DNA of 58,239 bases from a virus (Duplodnaviria; Caudoviricetes), in the IMG/VR virus record IMGVR_UViG_3300014208_000048, positions 1-58,239 of that record; one strand, written 5' to 3'. Both the position numbers and the translations under genes were made by a program. Positions 9,936-20,093 of this stretch are shown here, piece by piece. The notes beneath the pieces were generated by a model. It was not told the origin of the DNA. It was given only the letters and a program-made list of their open reading frames with translations, and did no database searches. Within the stretch, counting starts at the first letter, position 1. Every line of letters starts with the position of its first letter.

Positions 9936-10058
9936 AACAGTGTATAGCATACATGCTAAGATCAACGCTATAGACCGGAATCGGGCCTACGTTGAGCGCA
10001 AACGCCCCGGGTCGAGGGATGATACGTCATTTTCGTCCTGGGGCAAATTTGGAAGATT

Positions 10059-11375
10059 ATGAACATAGACGCAGAGCGCAAATTGATGGGGTCATTGCTT
10101 CACTCGGCGGAGGACTTCGACGCGGTCGACAAATTGACGTCCGGCGGAGAATATCTCTGCGATAAAACAATGATCCTTATTTACAAAAAAATATCCGAGA
10201 TGGTTAAGGCCAACAAGACTGTTGATACCGTTTCGGTCGCCATAGAATTAAAATCCAAGGTTGACCCGGTTTTAATTTCGGAGTTGACCATCGGAATGAC
10301 GAGCGGTGTTCACTCGATCCTGTATGCGAAGACGATACGTGAAGACGCAATGAGGCTGAGCGTCACATACGCAGCGAAGGCTGCTGTCGACAAGGCCGTC
10401 GCCGGCGACGACATATTTGACGTTGTCGACGAACTTAAATTCGGACTTGAGGGCATAACGTCCGGGCTTGACGGAGACACGACCGTGGATATGAAAACTG
10501 CGGTCAGCCGCGCAGCATCAATGTTGGAAGACATCATGTCTGGGAAAATCGTCGGGCTGAAGACTGGCTTTCGGGATATCGACGCCATCATCGGGGCGAT
10601 ACTCAACGGCAATCTTATCATCATTGGCGGCAAGAGGAAGAGCGGCAAAACGACACTGGCACTTCAGTCGATACTTAATATCGCAAAATCTGGATCCATA
10701 TCGATCGGCGTGTTTAGCCGTGAGATGTCGATCGAAGAGTTGTTGATGCGTGGAGCGCTAATCCTGGCTCGCATAAATTACACGGACCTCATTTCTGGGT
10801 CTCTCGACAGTGAGCAGGTGGACAGGTTGCGGAGGGCGCTGAAAAAGATGGAAAGCTTAAATATTTATTTCAATGAGCTTATTCCAGATGTCGACGGAAT
10901 GGTAACGGAGATGAAGCGATTAAGGCGGCAGCACGGAGTATCGCTATTCCTTGTCGACTACATTCAGATAACGGATCCGCCGCGAGACACGCTCAAGAAT
11001 AATCGCGAGAATCAGATCGCGACAATCTCCCGGACGCTAAAGAAGGCGGCGAAGTCTATGGGCGTTCCGATTATCGCGCTATCGCAGTTGAATGAAGAGA
11101 ACAAGTCGAGAGAAAGTAAGGCGATCGAGAATGATTGCGATAAGTTTATTTATATCGACGCGAAGGAGGACGATGAGGACGTCGTCGAGACGGATCACGG
11201 AAAGGTAATGGACATAAAGATTGTTCAACGCTTCGGTATGTCGCGAAGATTTGGCGACGTTAAACTTTTTTACAATCTGAGATATGGTTCATTCCATGAC
11301 GTAGACTACACCCAACACGCCGTAGAAAATAATGCTGCGGCGACACCAAATAATCAAGAGGACCTGGTTTTTTAA
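10059..11375 (+). CDS. dnaB: Replicative DNA helicase, DnaB family
   Basis: Walker A GGKRKSGKTT, FSREMS, LVDYIQ, ALSQLN, AIENDCD. Confidence 0.93.
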   Translation: MNIDAERKLMGSLLHSAEDFDAVDKLTSGGEYLCDKTMILIYKKISEMVKANKTVDTVSVAIELKSKVDPVLISELTIGMTSGVHSILYAKTIREDAMRLSVTYAAKAAVDKAVAGDDIFDVVDELKFGLEGITSGLDGDTTVDMKTAVSRAASMLEDIMSGKIVGLKTGFRDIDAIIGAILNGNLIIIGGKRKSGKTTLALQSILNIAKSGSISIGVFSREMSIEELLMRGALILARINYTDLISGSLDSEQVDRLRRALKKMESLNIYFNELIPDVDGMVTEMKRLRRQHGVSLFLVDYIQITDPPRDTLKNNRENQIATISRTLKKAAKSMGVPIIALSQLNEENKSRESKAIENDCDKFIYIDAKEDDEDVVETDHGKVMDIKIVQRFGMSRRFGDVKLFYNLRYGSFHDVDYTQHAVENNAAATPNNQEDLVF

Positions 11376-11377
11376 TT

Positions 11378-12163
11378 ATGGAAAAAATGCCAGTTGTATA
11401 TATCTCCGGACCGTATTCTTCGGACTCGGAAAGCGTTATTAATGAAAATATTCGCCACGCAACGATTGCTGCAGCAGAGGCCTGGAGAAATGGTCTCGCC
11501 GCTATTTGCCCACACAAAAACACGGAGCGCTTTGAAAAGATCGTTCCGGAAGTCACATATCAAACATACATCGACGGCGACGTAGAGATGGTAAAGCGTT
11601 GCGATGCGATTGTTATGTTGCCGCCCTGGGAAAAAAGTAAGGGATCCGTCATCGAACGTAAGGCGGCGCAGGATTCAGCTAAACTCATTTTTTACTACCC
11701 ATATATCTGCGAAACGAAGAGTGAGATCGATGAGTTTTGGCTCGGAGTCAAGGCTGATATCCTGGAATACAAGGAGGCGATAAGACGGTTGTCGAGTGAA
11801 AACAATATATTCCCGATAGTCCCGGGAAAACTTGAAGTAGCTCTCAGTTCCGAAAACGAATCCGAGCAGGTTCCCCGGGAAGGCCAGGTTCCCGAGGAAA
11901 ACATTCTTCAGGAAGCTCAAAGGATCGTTCACGGAGCCCGCGGCGCTCACTATGGGACGCCGCTAGCAAATCATCAGCGGACAGCGGATCTCTGGGCTGT
12001 ATTATTTAACACTACTATAACTGCCGAACAGGTGTGCGATGCGAACATCTTACAGAAGGTCGCAAGATCGATGGAGGTCGATAAACGCGACAATGCGGTA
12101 GATATCTGCGGATACGCGCACAACAAGGAATTAATTAAAAAGGAACGCAATGAAAAATGGTGA
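11378..12163 (+). CDS. Fusion of nucleoside deoxyribosyltransferase-like (DUF4406/DUF1937-type) and DUF6378-like domains
   Basis: VYISGPYS...CDAIVMLPPWEKSKGSVIE; ILQEAQRIVHGARGAHYG...KVAR...DNAVDICGYA. Confidence 0.7.
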   Translation: MEKMPVVYISGPYSSDSESVINENIRHATIAAAEAWRNGLAAICPHKNTERFEKIVPEVTYQTYIDGDVEMVKRCDAIVMLPPWEKSKGSVIERKAAQDSAKLIFYYPYICETKSEIDEFWLGVKADILEYKEAIRRLSSENNIFPIVPGKLEVALSSENESEQVPREGQVPEENILQEAQRIVHGARGAHYGTPLANHQRTADLWAVLFNTTITAEQVCDANILQKVARSMEVDKRDNAVDICGYAHNKELIKKERNEKW

Positions 12164-12428
12164 AGTTAGAATTACTCTTCCGAAAGATGTGCTTCGGCGG
12201 ATAGTCGTGCAGAACAGACTTCGTAAAGCTTCTTTGAATATAGGCCGTATGGCCGACATGGTTTTCGATTCTCGGATTAACGGTGAAGCAAACATACTTC
12301 AGTTTGAATATTACGAAAAATTATTCAAAGAGGATGTCGCGAAGTGCGTTGAGGCCGGTATGCGGTTCGAGTTTGTTCCGAGGATCCGCGTCTCGCGGCT
12401 CGAAAGATTTCTGCGGTGGCTCTTATGA
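12150..12428 (+). CDS. Hypothetical protein
   Basis: AAGGA RBS, overlapping operon arrangement. Confidence 0.55.
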   Translation: MKNGEVRITLPKDVLRRIVVQNRLRKASLNIGRMADMVFDSRINGEANILQFEYYEKLFKEDVAKCVEAGMRFEFVPRIRVSRLERFLRWLL

Positions 12429-12895
12429 GAGTGTTTGCGATTGATCCGGGGCCGGAGTTGTCGGCCTACTTTTTTATGGACTCAAAGATTGGTCCCAGGA
12501 CGTCATCGTTCGGCGTCGTTCCAACGGAAACGATCTTCAGATTGATGTCTGAGCATCGTCACACGATCGATGTTGTAGCAATCGAAATGATAGCTTCATA
12601 CGGAATGTCTGTCGGTCAAGAAGTATTCGAGACGTGCGTAAACATAGGTATGTTCCTACGAGAGGCGTATGCTTGTGACTTAAAAGCTCACAGAGTGACA
12701 AGGAAGCAGATAGTTACGCATATCTGCAACAACCCAAGAGGCAATGACTCCACGGTTCGGACCGCGCTGATCGACAAATACGGACAACCTGGAACGAAAA
12801 ATAATCAAGGCCCAACATACGGGATATCGAAAGACTGTTGGTCGGCGCTAGCAGTTGCAACGCAATACATCGAAACTCACGAAAGAAAAGAATGA
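12425..12895 (+). CDS. RuvC-like Holliday junction resolvase
   Basis: VFAIDPG, VVAIEM, DCWSALAVA acidic RNase H-fold motifs. Confidence 0.8.
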   Translation: MRVFAIDPGPELSAYFFMDSKIGPRTSSFGVVPTETIFRLMSEHRHTIDVVAIEMIASYGMSVGQEVFETCVNIGMFLREAYACDLKAHRVTRKQIVTHICNNPRGNDSTVRTALIDKYGQPGTKNNQGPTYGISKDCWSALAVATQYIETHERKE

Positions 12896-13329
12896 GCATA
12901 GCAAATGAAAAAAAGAATGAACTGAAGCTTGCACTGCATAATGTTATTGCAAAGTATTCGACGACAAAAAAAGTCGACCTGAAAATGGCTTATGAGTTCT
13001 GTGAACCATGGGCCCGGAAGGTGTTCGGGGAAGCGTGGATCTTCAAAAACTACCAGGCATTCAAGGATTTCCGGTCTAAATCTACCCGTAAATCTACCAC
13101 TTTCGATGAAATTGAAGAGATTTTCAAGAAACATCAAATTTCTCACCCTATAGATATAGGGGGTCTCCGAATCTTCACAGATGTTGGAGATCACGATCGC
13201 GTAGTCTCAGAGGAATCAAAGCGATTCTTGAGCGCATGTGTTAAGGTTATTCGCAAACACGTCCCGGGCTACGACATCGATCAACTCAAAAAAGAAATTG
13301 GTGAACAAAGTGCAAACAAAAAATCCTAA
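12892..13329 (+). CDS. Hypothetical protein
   Basis: ATGA overlap with previous gene. Confidence 0.6.
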   Translation: MSIANEKKNELKLALHNVIAKYSTTKKVDLKMAYEFCEPWARKVFGEAWIFKNYQAFKDFRSKSTRKSTTFDEIEEIFKKHQISHPIDIGGLRIFTDVGDHDRVVSEESKRFLSACVKVIRKHVPGYDIDQLKKEIGEQSANKKS

Positions 13330-14023
13330 AGGCTCAAGAGCATTAAATGAAAAGCATCGGCGCTTCGTCGGTGCTTGTTTTGCGAACGGTTATACGGCGA
13401 GCGATGCTCACCGAATGATGAAAAAAGAATACGGGGTTCAGGCTACCGTTGGAACAACGATCAACCACTATATGCACCTGAAAGAATACAGTGCTGCCGT
13501 CTTGGCAGAAGTTGGAGAGGATCGCAATCCAAGTATCGAAGCTGTTGCGAACGCTTTGGCGAAGAACAAAAAAACTCTTGTTCATCTCGCCGGTATGTTT
13601 CAGTCCTTCGTTGAAGAGCATTGGAAGGTTGTTGACGATCCTTCATACGGAATCGTTTACGCTGATCGGCGTAAGCGGGCAATGAAGTTGTCGCAGAACA
13701 TTGATGAGCTCGACGAGAAAAAAACCTTTGCAGTTGGATCTTATCCGGTATCAAGAAACGCGGACGGATCAATGGAATACAAGGAATTCAAAATTAAGAA
13801 CAAAGATCATGGCGAGCAGCGAAAGACGATCGAGTCTCTTGGTCAGATGGTTGACGGGCTGGTTTCGGGTGACGTTGTTATTCAGATCATCGACAATTCT
13901 CCGAAAGAGGATCTCACTCCCCTGGAGCAGAAGGCTGATAAGTCGATGGCTGCCGTCAAGAAAAATCGCAACGCCGGTCTCCCGGTAACGCATGAGCCGA
14001 AAGAGGATCAGAGTGGGGAATGA
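13301..14023 (+). CDS. Probable terminase small subunit (start uncertain)
   Basis: Directly upstream of terL; LNEKHRRFV N-terminal pattern. Confidence 0.55.
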   Translation: MNKVQTKNPKGSRALNEKHRRFVGACFANGYTASDAHRMMKKEYGVQATVGTTINHYMHLKEYSAAVLAEVGEDRNPSIEAVANALAKNKKTLVHLAGMFQSFVEEHWKVVDDPSYGIVYADRRKRAMKLSQNIDELDEKKTFAVGSYPVSRNADGSMEYKEFKIKNKDHGEQRKTIESLGQMVDGLVSGDVVIQIIDNSPKEDLTPLEQKADKSMAAVKKNRNAGLPVTHEPKEDQSGE

Positions 14024-15360
14024 AAATACCAATATTCGGCGACTACTATCCGCACCCTGGACAGGTTCGGATAGATCAATGCAATGCCAGATTTATCAAC
14101 GTTGTAGCGGGTCGTAGGTTTGGAAAGGATTTTGGTTGCGCCAGGAAGTTTGTCAAGCGAATCTTTCTACAGGATTATCCAAAGATCGCCCATATCAAAC
14201 TTCCTACGCAACGATTTATCAAGTTCGCAAAGCCTCTGCTTCACTATTGGGCAATAGCTCCGGACTTCAATATCGGAAAAATTCAGCAAAGAGAAATCTT
14301 CTCAATTTTCCCTCCTGACTTTCAAGCTTCACCGTCGCACTTTTCTTATGACGACAACAAGAAGGAATTAATACTGCTCGGCGGCAAGATACTGATCGAG
14401 TTCAAGTCTGCAGACAGACCGGAGTCACTGGTCGGCGTCGGTTTGAACGGCGTCTACTGCACAGAGTTTGCGAGGTTCAAGGAGACAGCGTGGTCCGCCA
14501 ACATCAGGCCGACTTTGACTGATAAGCAGGGCTGGGGATTGTTTGCGACCACGCCTCTGCCTCGCAAATGGTTTATGGATATTGTTGCACTCGGAAATCC
14601 GGAGTCGGACACATATTCAGCATCTCACGCAAATATTTTTGGATTAACAATCGAAAACACTCGGCTTCCGAATATTGTCGAGGAGGTTGCGGTCGCAAAG
14701 GCAACATTGCCGCCGAGGTATTTTAAGCGTGAGTATGAAGCTTCATTAGAGACATTCGAGGGACAGGTCTACGAAGAGTGGGATCAGCAGGTCCACGCTC
14801 CTCTAGATCTCGTCCTTCCAAAATTCGACATCGTCGTCGCCGGGGTTGATTGGGGATTTGGGGATCCCGGTGTTATTATCGTTGCCGGGATAAAGTTCCG
14901 CAAAGGCACTCCGGTCTTTTACTTGATACATGAAGAGTATGAGTCCGGCGTTCTTGTGGATGGCGACGACGATACGTGGGTGCGTAGGGCAAAGAGGCTG
15001 AGAGATAAATACGGGATCAAGATCTTTTATTGTGACAGTGCCGAGCCCGGCAACATTAGGGCGTTCAGGAATGCCGGCCTCAATGCTGTAAAGGCCGACA
15101 AGAAGGAAATCAACGACGGGATTCAGTCTGTCGCTATGGCGCTGCATGTGAACGATATGACCGGGCTACCTTCGCTTTACATCGTTCGAGAGAAATGCCC
15201 CAACACAATGAGGGAGCATCTCCAGTATTATTACGAGAAACCAGAGGTTCCCGTTGACGAAGAAAACCATACGTGCGACACTGTCCGATATATAGTTCAC
15301 ACATTTCTAAAGACCGGCGGAATGACTGGATATGAGGTTGAAGGGCTGCCTCAAGATTAA
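14020..15360 (+). CDS. terL: Terminase large subunit
   Basis: AGRRFGKD Walker A, SADRPESLVGVGL, ATTP, GVDWGFGDP, NHTCDTVRY. Confidence 0.93.
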   Translation: MKIPIFGDYYPHPGQVRIDQCNARFINVVAGRRFGKDFGCARKFVKRIFLQDYPKIAHIKLPTQRFIKFAKPLLHYWAIAPDFNIGKIQQREIFSIFPPDFQASPSHFSYDDNKKELILLGGKILIEFKSADRPESLVGVGLNGVYCTEFARFKETAWSANIRPTLTDKQGWGLFATTPLPRKWFMDIVALGNPESDTYSASHANIFGLTIENTRLPNIVEEVAVAKATLPPRYFKREYEASLETFEGQVYEEWDQQVHAPLDLVLPKFDIVVAGVDWGFGDPGVIIVAGIKFRKGTPVFYLIHEEYESGVLVDGDDDTWVRRAKRLRDKYGIKIFYCDSAEPGNIRAFRNAGLNAVKADKKEINDGIQSVAMALHVNDMTGLPSLYIVREKCPNTMREHLQYYYEKPEVPVDEENHTCDTVRYIVHTFLKTGGMTGYEVEGLPQD

Positions 15361-15375
15361 TCAAAGAAAGGTTGT

Positions 15376-16872
15376 ATGCCAAAACAAAACTTAACAAATC
15401 AGACGATAGACATCTATCCTTTCCTGAATCTTAAACCGAACACTACCAATTTGTTTAATCGAATTGCAGTCTCATTCAGTTGGATCCCGGAAGAGTTTCA
15501 GCGGCGGATAAAAGCTTACACGATACTTTCGGCCTACGAGGCCAACCTGTCGAACATCGTAAGAGTCACGCCGGAAGACGATCAGAAGGAATACGGCGAC
15601 GCAAAATTTATTTGCACGCAGTTATCTAACTCTCTGATCGGAGACGATCTCAAGATTGTGTCGATCGGAAACGAAGAGGTTGAAAAATTTTATTCACAGT
15701 GGGCCGAGGACGAGCTGTTCTTCGCGAAACTCGTTGCGAACGAATACAAGGCGTCAAACATCGGCGACGAAGTATTTAAGCTTGAGTATTCAGAAAAGCT
15801 TGGCAGAACAAGGGTGTCGACAGTCGATCCCGGTTTCTGGTTCCCATTCAATTTAGGAGAAAGAAATGAGCGACACGTCTTTGCTTGGGAGGAAGAAAGA
15901 AACGGCGAAACCCAAATCTACAAAGAAGAATATCGAAAAGGTTCTGATCGACCTGGCGGATCCAAATCAGAGAATGTGTTTGTCGATGCTGGTTACTACC
16001 AAAAATCAGCAGGAAAAGACATTTCGTCAGCCGACCTTAAGTTCGTTGAGTATGCCAAGGATGAAAATGGCCGGGACATTAATGCAAGAGATCTCGGGGT
16101 CCAGTTCTTCCCTATTATCTACATCCCAAACATCTACAGAGAGGGATCAGACTTCGGAGAATCAGATCTAACCGGCATCATTCGAATCATCGACGAGCTC
16201 ACGAACACGTATACGGACGAAAGTAAGAACGCAAGGTTCATGGGTCTCCATCAGTTATGGGCGGACGCGGAAACGTTCGACATGCTGCCGGTGGATGCGA
16301 ATGGAAAGAAGATCTTGAAGCTTGGCGCAAACAGTATCATACCCGGTCAGGCTGGCATCGTTGACAATTCGGCGCTGAATAAGTCTCTGATGGAGTATGA
16401 AAACAGTCTTCTTGAGAAGGCTTACAAGAATTCAAATCTTGGGCAGCTCGGAAGCGGCAAAGGGCAGACTTCATCCGCAGATAGAACGACTGACATCGTT
16501 GAAATGAAGGGATCTATACTTGAGCGGTTCATCAAAGTGAAGCGTCTCACGAGGATCCCTAAATACAATAAGCTATTGAAGTATGTGGCGGGATTCGAAA
16601 TGGTGAAGGGGAGTCCGGAGAACAAAAAGCTGTTCAGGAAAGGTCGCAGCCAGGAGGTTGACAAATCGAAGATTGGAAAAATACAGTTCGGGAATATTCT
16701 CCCGGTCGATCAAACGAAACTGATAACCAATCTTTCGATGGTGAAGGATCAGATGGCGAACCCGGACGTAGCGGCAAACATTAAGCGGTCTGGATTGATT
16801 GTTAATAACGATCTAAAGGATGCGGCTACAGATCCGGCTCAAGCACCGGCGGCAAAGCCAGCGCAGAAGTAA
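15376..16872 (+). CDS. Portal protein
   Basis: 498 aa after terL; PIIYIPN...FGESDLTGIIRIIDEL SPP1-type portal pattern. Confidence 0.85.
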   Translation: MPKQNLTNQTIDIYPFLNLKPNTTNLFNRIAVSFSWIPEEFQRRIKAYTILSAYEANLSNIVRVTPEDDQKEYGDAKFICTQLSNSLIGDDLKIVSIGNEEVEKFYSQWAEDELFFAKLVANEYKASNIGDEVFKLEYSEKLGRTRVSTVDPGFWFPFNLGERNERHVFAWEEERNGETQIYKEEYRKGSDRPGGSKSENVFVDAGYYQKSAGKDISSADLKFVEYAKDENGRDINARDLGVQFFPIIYIPNIYREGSDFGESDLTGIIRIIDELTNTYTDESKNARFMGLHQLWADAETFDMLPVDANGKKILKLGANSIIPGQAGIVDNSALNKSLMEYENSLLEKAYKNSNLGQLGSGKGQTSSADRTTDIVEMKGSILERFIKVKRLTRIPKYNKLLKYVAGFEMVKGSPENKKLFRKGRSQEVDKSKIGKIQFGNILPVDQTKLITNLSMVKDQMANPDVAANIKRSGLIVNNDLKDAATDPAQAPAAKPAQK

Positions 16873-16908
16873 GTATCAAAAACAACAATCGAAAGGTAGC
16901 AATCAGGT

Positions 16909-17475
16909 ATGGCAAAAACATTAGAAGAGCTTGAAAAGGATAACGACGAGCTCCTCAAAAAAATGAACGCAATTATCGAGGCGCAGCAAGCCAAGGACGC
17001 CGCGGCACAGAAGGCTGTCGACGACGCGAAGAAGGCCGCGGACGAAGCACGGCGCAAAGCTGACGAGCAAAATGTCGCTAGCCGCGCAGACTTGGATGCT
17101 ATTCGTCTGGAGTTCTCCGAGAAAGACAAAACGCGAGACGCAGCATTCAAAAAGGCGCGACTTGAAATGGGTGTCAAACTCGAAGCTTCAAAGAATGGGA
17201 TCAAAAAGGAGTCTTACACGTCTCTTTTCGACGGATCAAAGATCGCTTTCGACGAAAGCGGTGAACCCGTCGGCGTCGCAGAAGCATTCAAAGTTTTCAA
17301 AGATGCAAACCCGGAGCTGTTTGGGTCAGTTGAACCCGAGCCGTCTTTTGGTGGGACCGGACATCGTCCTCCGAAGCAAGGTTCCGCAGAAGCAAAAACG
17401 TTTGTCGACGAGCAGGTGGCTCGCGCTGAAACTAAAAGGGCATCAGCGCTTCCTACCGGTTTCCCGGCAAAATAA
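16909..17475 (+). CDS. Capsid scaffolding protein
   Basis: Charged coiled coil, GVAEAFKVFKDANPELF motif, between portal and capsid. Confidence 0.75.
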   Translation: MAKTLEELEKDNDELLKKMNAIIEAQQAKDAAAQKAVDDAKKAADEARRKADEQNVASRADLDAIRLEFSEKDKTRDAAFKKARLEMGVKLEASKNGIKKESYTSLFDGSKIAFDESGEPVGVAEAFKVFKDANPELFGSVEPEPSFGGTGHRPPKQGSAEAKTFVDEQVARAETKRASALPTGFPAK

Positions 17476-17505
17476 ACCATAAACGATAAACCAGGAGAAG
17501 TAACA

Positions 17506-17877
17506 ATGGGACTTACCCCCAAAGAGACAGTATACGGCACAAGCAAAAACATTCTCGCGAATGACCATTTCAAAGTGTTGCCGGAAGGTCGAACAATCGA
17601 CTCATCGCTCATCGTCGCAGATGCTGACGGAGTAAAGACGGCGGTTGCCGGGCTTGTGGTTGGACAAATCGCCGCGACAAAAAAAATCGGACCGTATGAC
17701 GCCGCAGCCGTTGATGGCCGCGAAGTTGCACTCGGGATTTTGATCGACGACACAATCGTCACAGATGGTGATGACGGAGCTTCGGTTCTGATCCACGGAT
17801 TTGTCCGAGAGCAGATGTTGACGGGCTTGGATGCTGCTGCAAAGACAGCATTGAAACTGATTTACTTCCTCCCATAA
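17506..17877 (+). CDS. Head decoration protein
   Basis: AGLVVGQI...YDAAAVDGREVALGIL...HG pattern; precedes capsid. Confidence 0.8.
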   Translation: MGLTPKETVYGTSKNILANDHFKVLPEGRTIDSSLIVADADGVKTAVAGLVVGQIAATKKIGPYDAAAVDGREVALGILIDDTIVTDGDDGASVLIHGFVREQMLTGLDAAAKTALKLIYFLP

Positions 17878-17948
17878 TAGGAAAAAATTTTCACAACTGG
17901 CATATAGCATATATGCTACATTATTAACTCAATACAAGGACATCAATA

Positions 17949-18980
17949 ATGCACAGCATTCTTGAATTTGTTGACAATAAACAGGTGTTGGACTACGCAC
18001 GTCGTCTCACGCCGAACATCTGGCTTGGTTTGAATCTTTTCAAAGTTCAAACGACCGACGAAATCACTTACGAATACATCAAAGGCGCTGGTGGAATTTC
18101 TTCGGTTAAGATGGCCGAAGTCGTTGCGTGGGAATCAGAAGCTCCGACCGCACCGCGTGAATCCGTGACGACTGTTCAGGGTGAACTTCCCCCGATCAAA
18201 CAGAAATCGCGCATCAAAGAGAAAGAGCTGATTAAGATTTTCAGTCCTCGCGGAACTTCTGAGCGACAGCTCGCAATCAACAAACTGTTCGACGATGTGA
18301 AAGATCGCGTCGACGGTATCTACGCACGAGCCAACGACATCATAATGAAGTCACTGGCCAACGGCTCGGTGGTGTTCACATCCGAAGGGATGAAGTTGAC
18401 GGTTGATTGGGGTGTGCCGGCGAATCATAAAGTTGTGCTGGCTGGCGTGAATAAATGGAGCGACACAGTGAACTCCAATCCTGTCCAGGATATGCTCGAC
18501 CTTCAGGCCCAGATCAAAATGGACGGCGGAGTAACACCGAACGAAGCGATCACTTCGACGAAGGTTGTCGGATATCTGCTTCAGAACCAAAAGATCAAAC
18601 TGCAAATCCTCGGAGACGCAACCTCCAGTCGCATTCTTTCCCTCACCGGTTTGAATCTCTGGCTGACGTCAATGGGTTTGCCCACGATCTACGCATACGA
18701 CGAAACGTCGCGGATCATCAACCCGAGCACGCACGCTCTGACCGAACAACGATTCTTCCCGGAAGAGAAGTTCGTAATGTTTAATCGGACGGCACTTGGA
18801 GACACTCTCGTCGGACCGACGTCCGAAGCAATCGTTGGCGCTGGCTACGAAGCAGCTCCCGGCGTTTGGGCTGAAGTGTTTGAAACCCGCGATCCCGTGA
18901 ACGTGTGGACATACGCAGTTGCGACAATGTTCCCGACGTTCCCCGGCGCAGGCAATGTCGGACAAATCACCTGCTACTAA
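17949..18980 (+). CDS. Major capsid protein (lambda gpE-like family)
   Basis: MAEVVAWESEAP, VDWGVPANHK, KWSD..SNPVQD, RFFPEEKFVM, DPVNVWT. Confidence 0.9.
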   Translation: MHSILEFVDNKQVLDYARRLTPNIWLGLNLFKVQTTDEITYEYIKGAGGISSVKMAEVVAWESEAPTAPRESVTTVQGELPPIKQKSRIKEKELIKIFSPRGTSERQLAINKLFDDVKDRVDGIYARANDIIMKSLANGSVVFTSEGMKLTVDWGVPANHKVVLAGVNKWSDTVNSNPVQDMLDLQAQIKMDGGVTPNEAITSTKVVGYLLQNQKIKLQILGDATSSRILSLTGLNLWLTSMGLPTIYAYDETSRIINPSTHALTEQRFFPEEKFVMFNRTALGDTLVGPTSEAIVGAGYEAAPGVWAEVFETRDPVNVWTYAVATMFPTFPGAGNVGQITCY

Positions 18981-18991
18981 GGAGAATCTGA

Positions 18992-19321
18992 ATGACGGTC
19001 GATGATGTAAAAAAGTATTGCATCTCGGGGAGAGTGAAAGCTCTCTCCGACGACCAGATTCAGTCCACCCTCTCTATTTGCGAAGGGCTAGTAAGAGGTC
19101 TAGGGCTGAATTATGGTGCAGCAAATTTCACGTCGATCTTCGATCTAGCTGTCAGAACGACAATCGACTGGTATGTTGCAAACCCAAATTCGCTTTCTCA
19201 ATCCGGGTATGGCAGCGCGAAGGAAACTTATCAAACGAAACTTCCTGCGACAATCAGAATGATTGCAAAATCAATTCTCAATAGTCCGCTCGGAGAACTG
19301 CAGCGAGAAGGAGGGTATTAA
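18992..19321 (+). CDS. Head-tail connector
   Basis: Position and size; MTVDDVKKY start. Confidence 0.6.
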   Translation: MTVDDVKKYCISGRVKALSDDQIQSTLSICEGLVRGLGLNYGAANFTSIFDLAVRTTIDWYVANPNSLSQSGYGSAKETYQTKLPATIRMIAKSILNSPLGELQREGGY

Positions 19322-19662
19322 TGCTCCTCAATCTCTCATGCAGGCGCAAGACTAGATCCCAAGACAGTTCAACCGGATTGATCGACGAATCTGTGTCCAC
19401 GGAATTATGGCGCAGACATCTTGATCTGATACCAGAAGACAGACTTACGAGCACCGGGCAAACCGACTTCTCAACACAGTCGAAAGAAGTGGTTAAGAAG
19501 AAGTATTCAGTATTCATGTTTGAAAACAATTTGGACATAGCGGAAGACGATGTCCTCTTTGAGATAAAAGATAATGCTGAGTCCGGTGTCTTTTACGATG
19601 TCGTTGGTGTCAACGATCAATATAATCACAAACATATTCTCGTGGAAAGGGTGGTGAGGTAA
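19321..19662 (+). CDS. Head closure protein
   Basis: Position; DIAEDDVL...YDVVGV...H.H beta pattern. Confidence 0.55.
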   Translation: MLLNLSCRRKTRSQDSSTGLIDESVSTELWRRHLDLIPEDRLTSTGQTDFSTQSKEVVKKKYSVFMFENNLDIAEDDVLFEIKDNAESGVFYDVVGVNDQYNHKHILVERVVR

Positions 19663-20078
19663 TGCAGCTAGGATATAAGATCTCATCCCTGATCTATCAA
19701 GCCCTCAATGGGAATGCGCCGCTGAAAGCTATTGTGAGTGGAATATATCCCACGACACAAAAGCCTATCCGGGCTGCAAACCCATGTATTACATTATTTA
19801 TTCCAACAGAAATCGAGAGTGTTAAGGTGGGCGTTCTATCGGACGCAATACTCACCGTCGTGGCAAGAAGTAATTATGCGGATGGCGATGGCAGTGAGTT
19901 GCAGAGGATCTACGATGCTGTCGATGTAATTCTGAAAGATAATCATTTCCAGTCTACGGAGGTCAGTGGGACATTGAGGGCCTCCGGACAAAGCGTCTCA
20001 TACGGACTCTGGGACGAAGAGTCGCGAGACTTTTTCAAGATGTGGAAATATCGAGTCAAATTGAAAAAACGATCATAA
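19662..20078 (+). CDS. Tail terminator/completion protein
   Basis: IYQALNGNAPLKAIVSGIYP...PCIT pattern; precedes tail tube. Confidence 0.65.
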   Translation: MQLGYKISSLIYQALNGNAPLKAIVSGIYPTTQKPIRAANPCITLFIPTEIESVKVGVLSDAILTVVARSNYADGDGSELQRIYDAVDVILKDNHFQSTEVSGTLRASGQSVSYGLWDEESRDFFKMWKYRVKLKKRS

Positions 20079-20093
20079 ACGAAGGAGTTCTAC

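Noticed and set aside
10004-10044. Hairpin before dnaB as a terminator or ncRNA
   Set aside because: Single stem, no U-tract, no other support.
14020-15360. Inactive terminase (GKD Walker A, TE at Walker B)
   Set aside because: The ORF is full length with nuclease motifs intact; variants cannot be called inactivating without an alignment.
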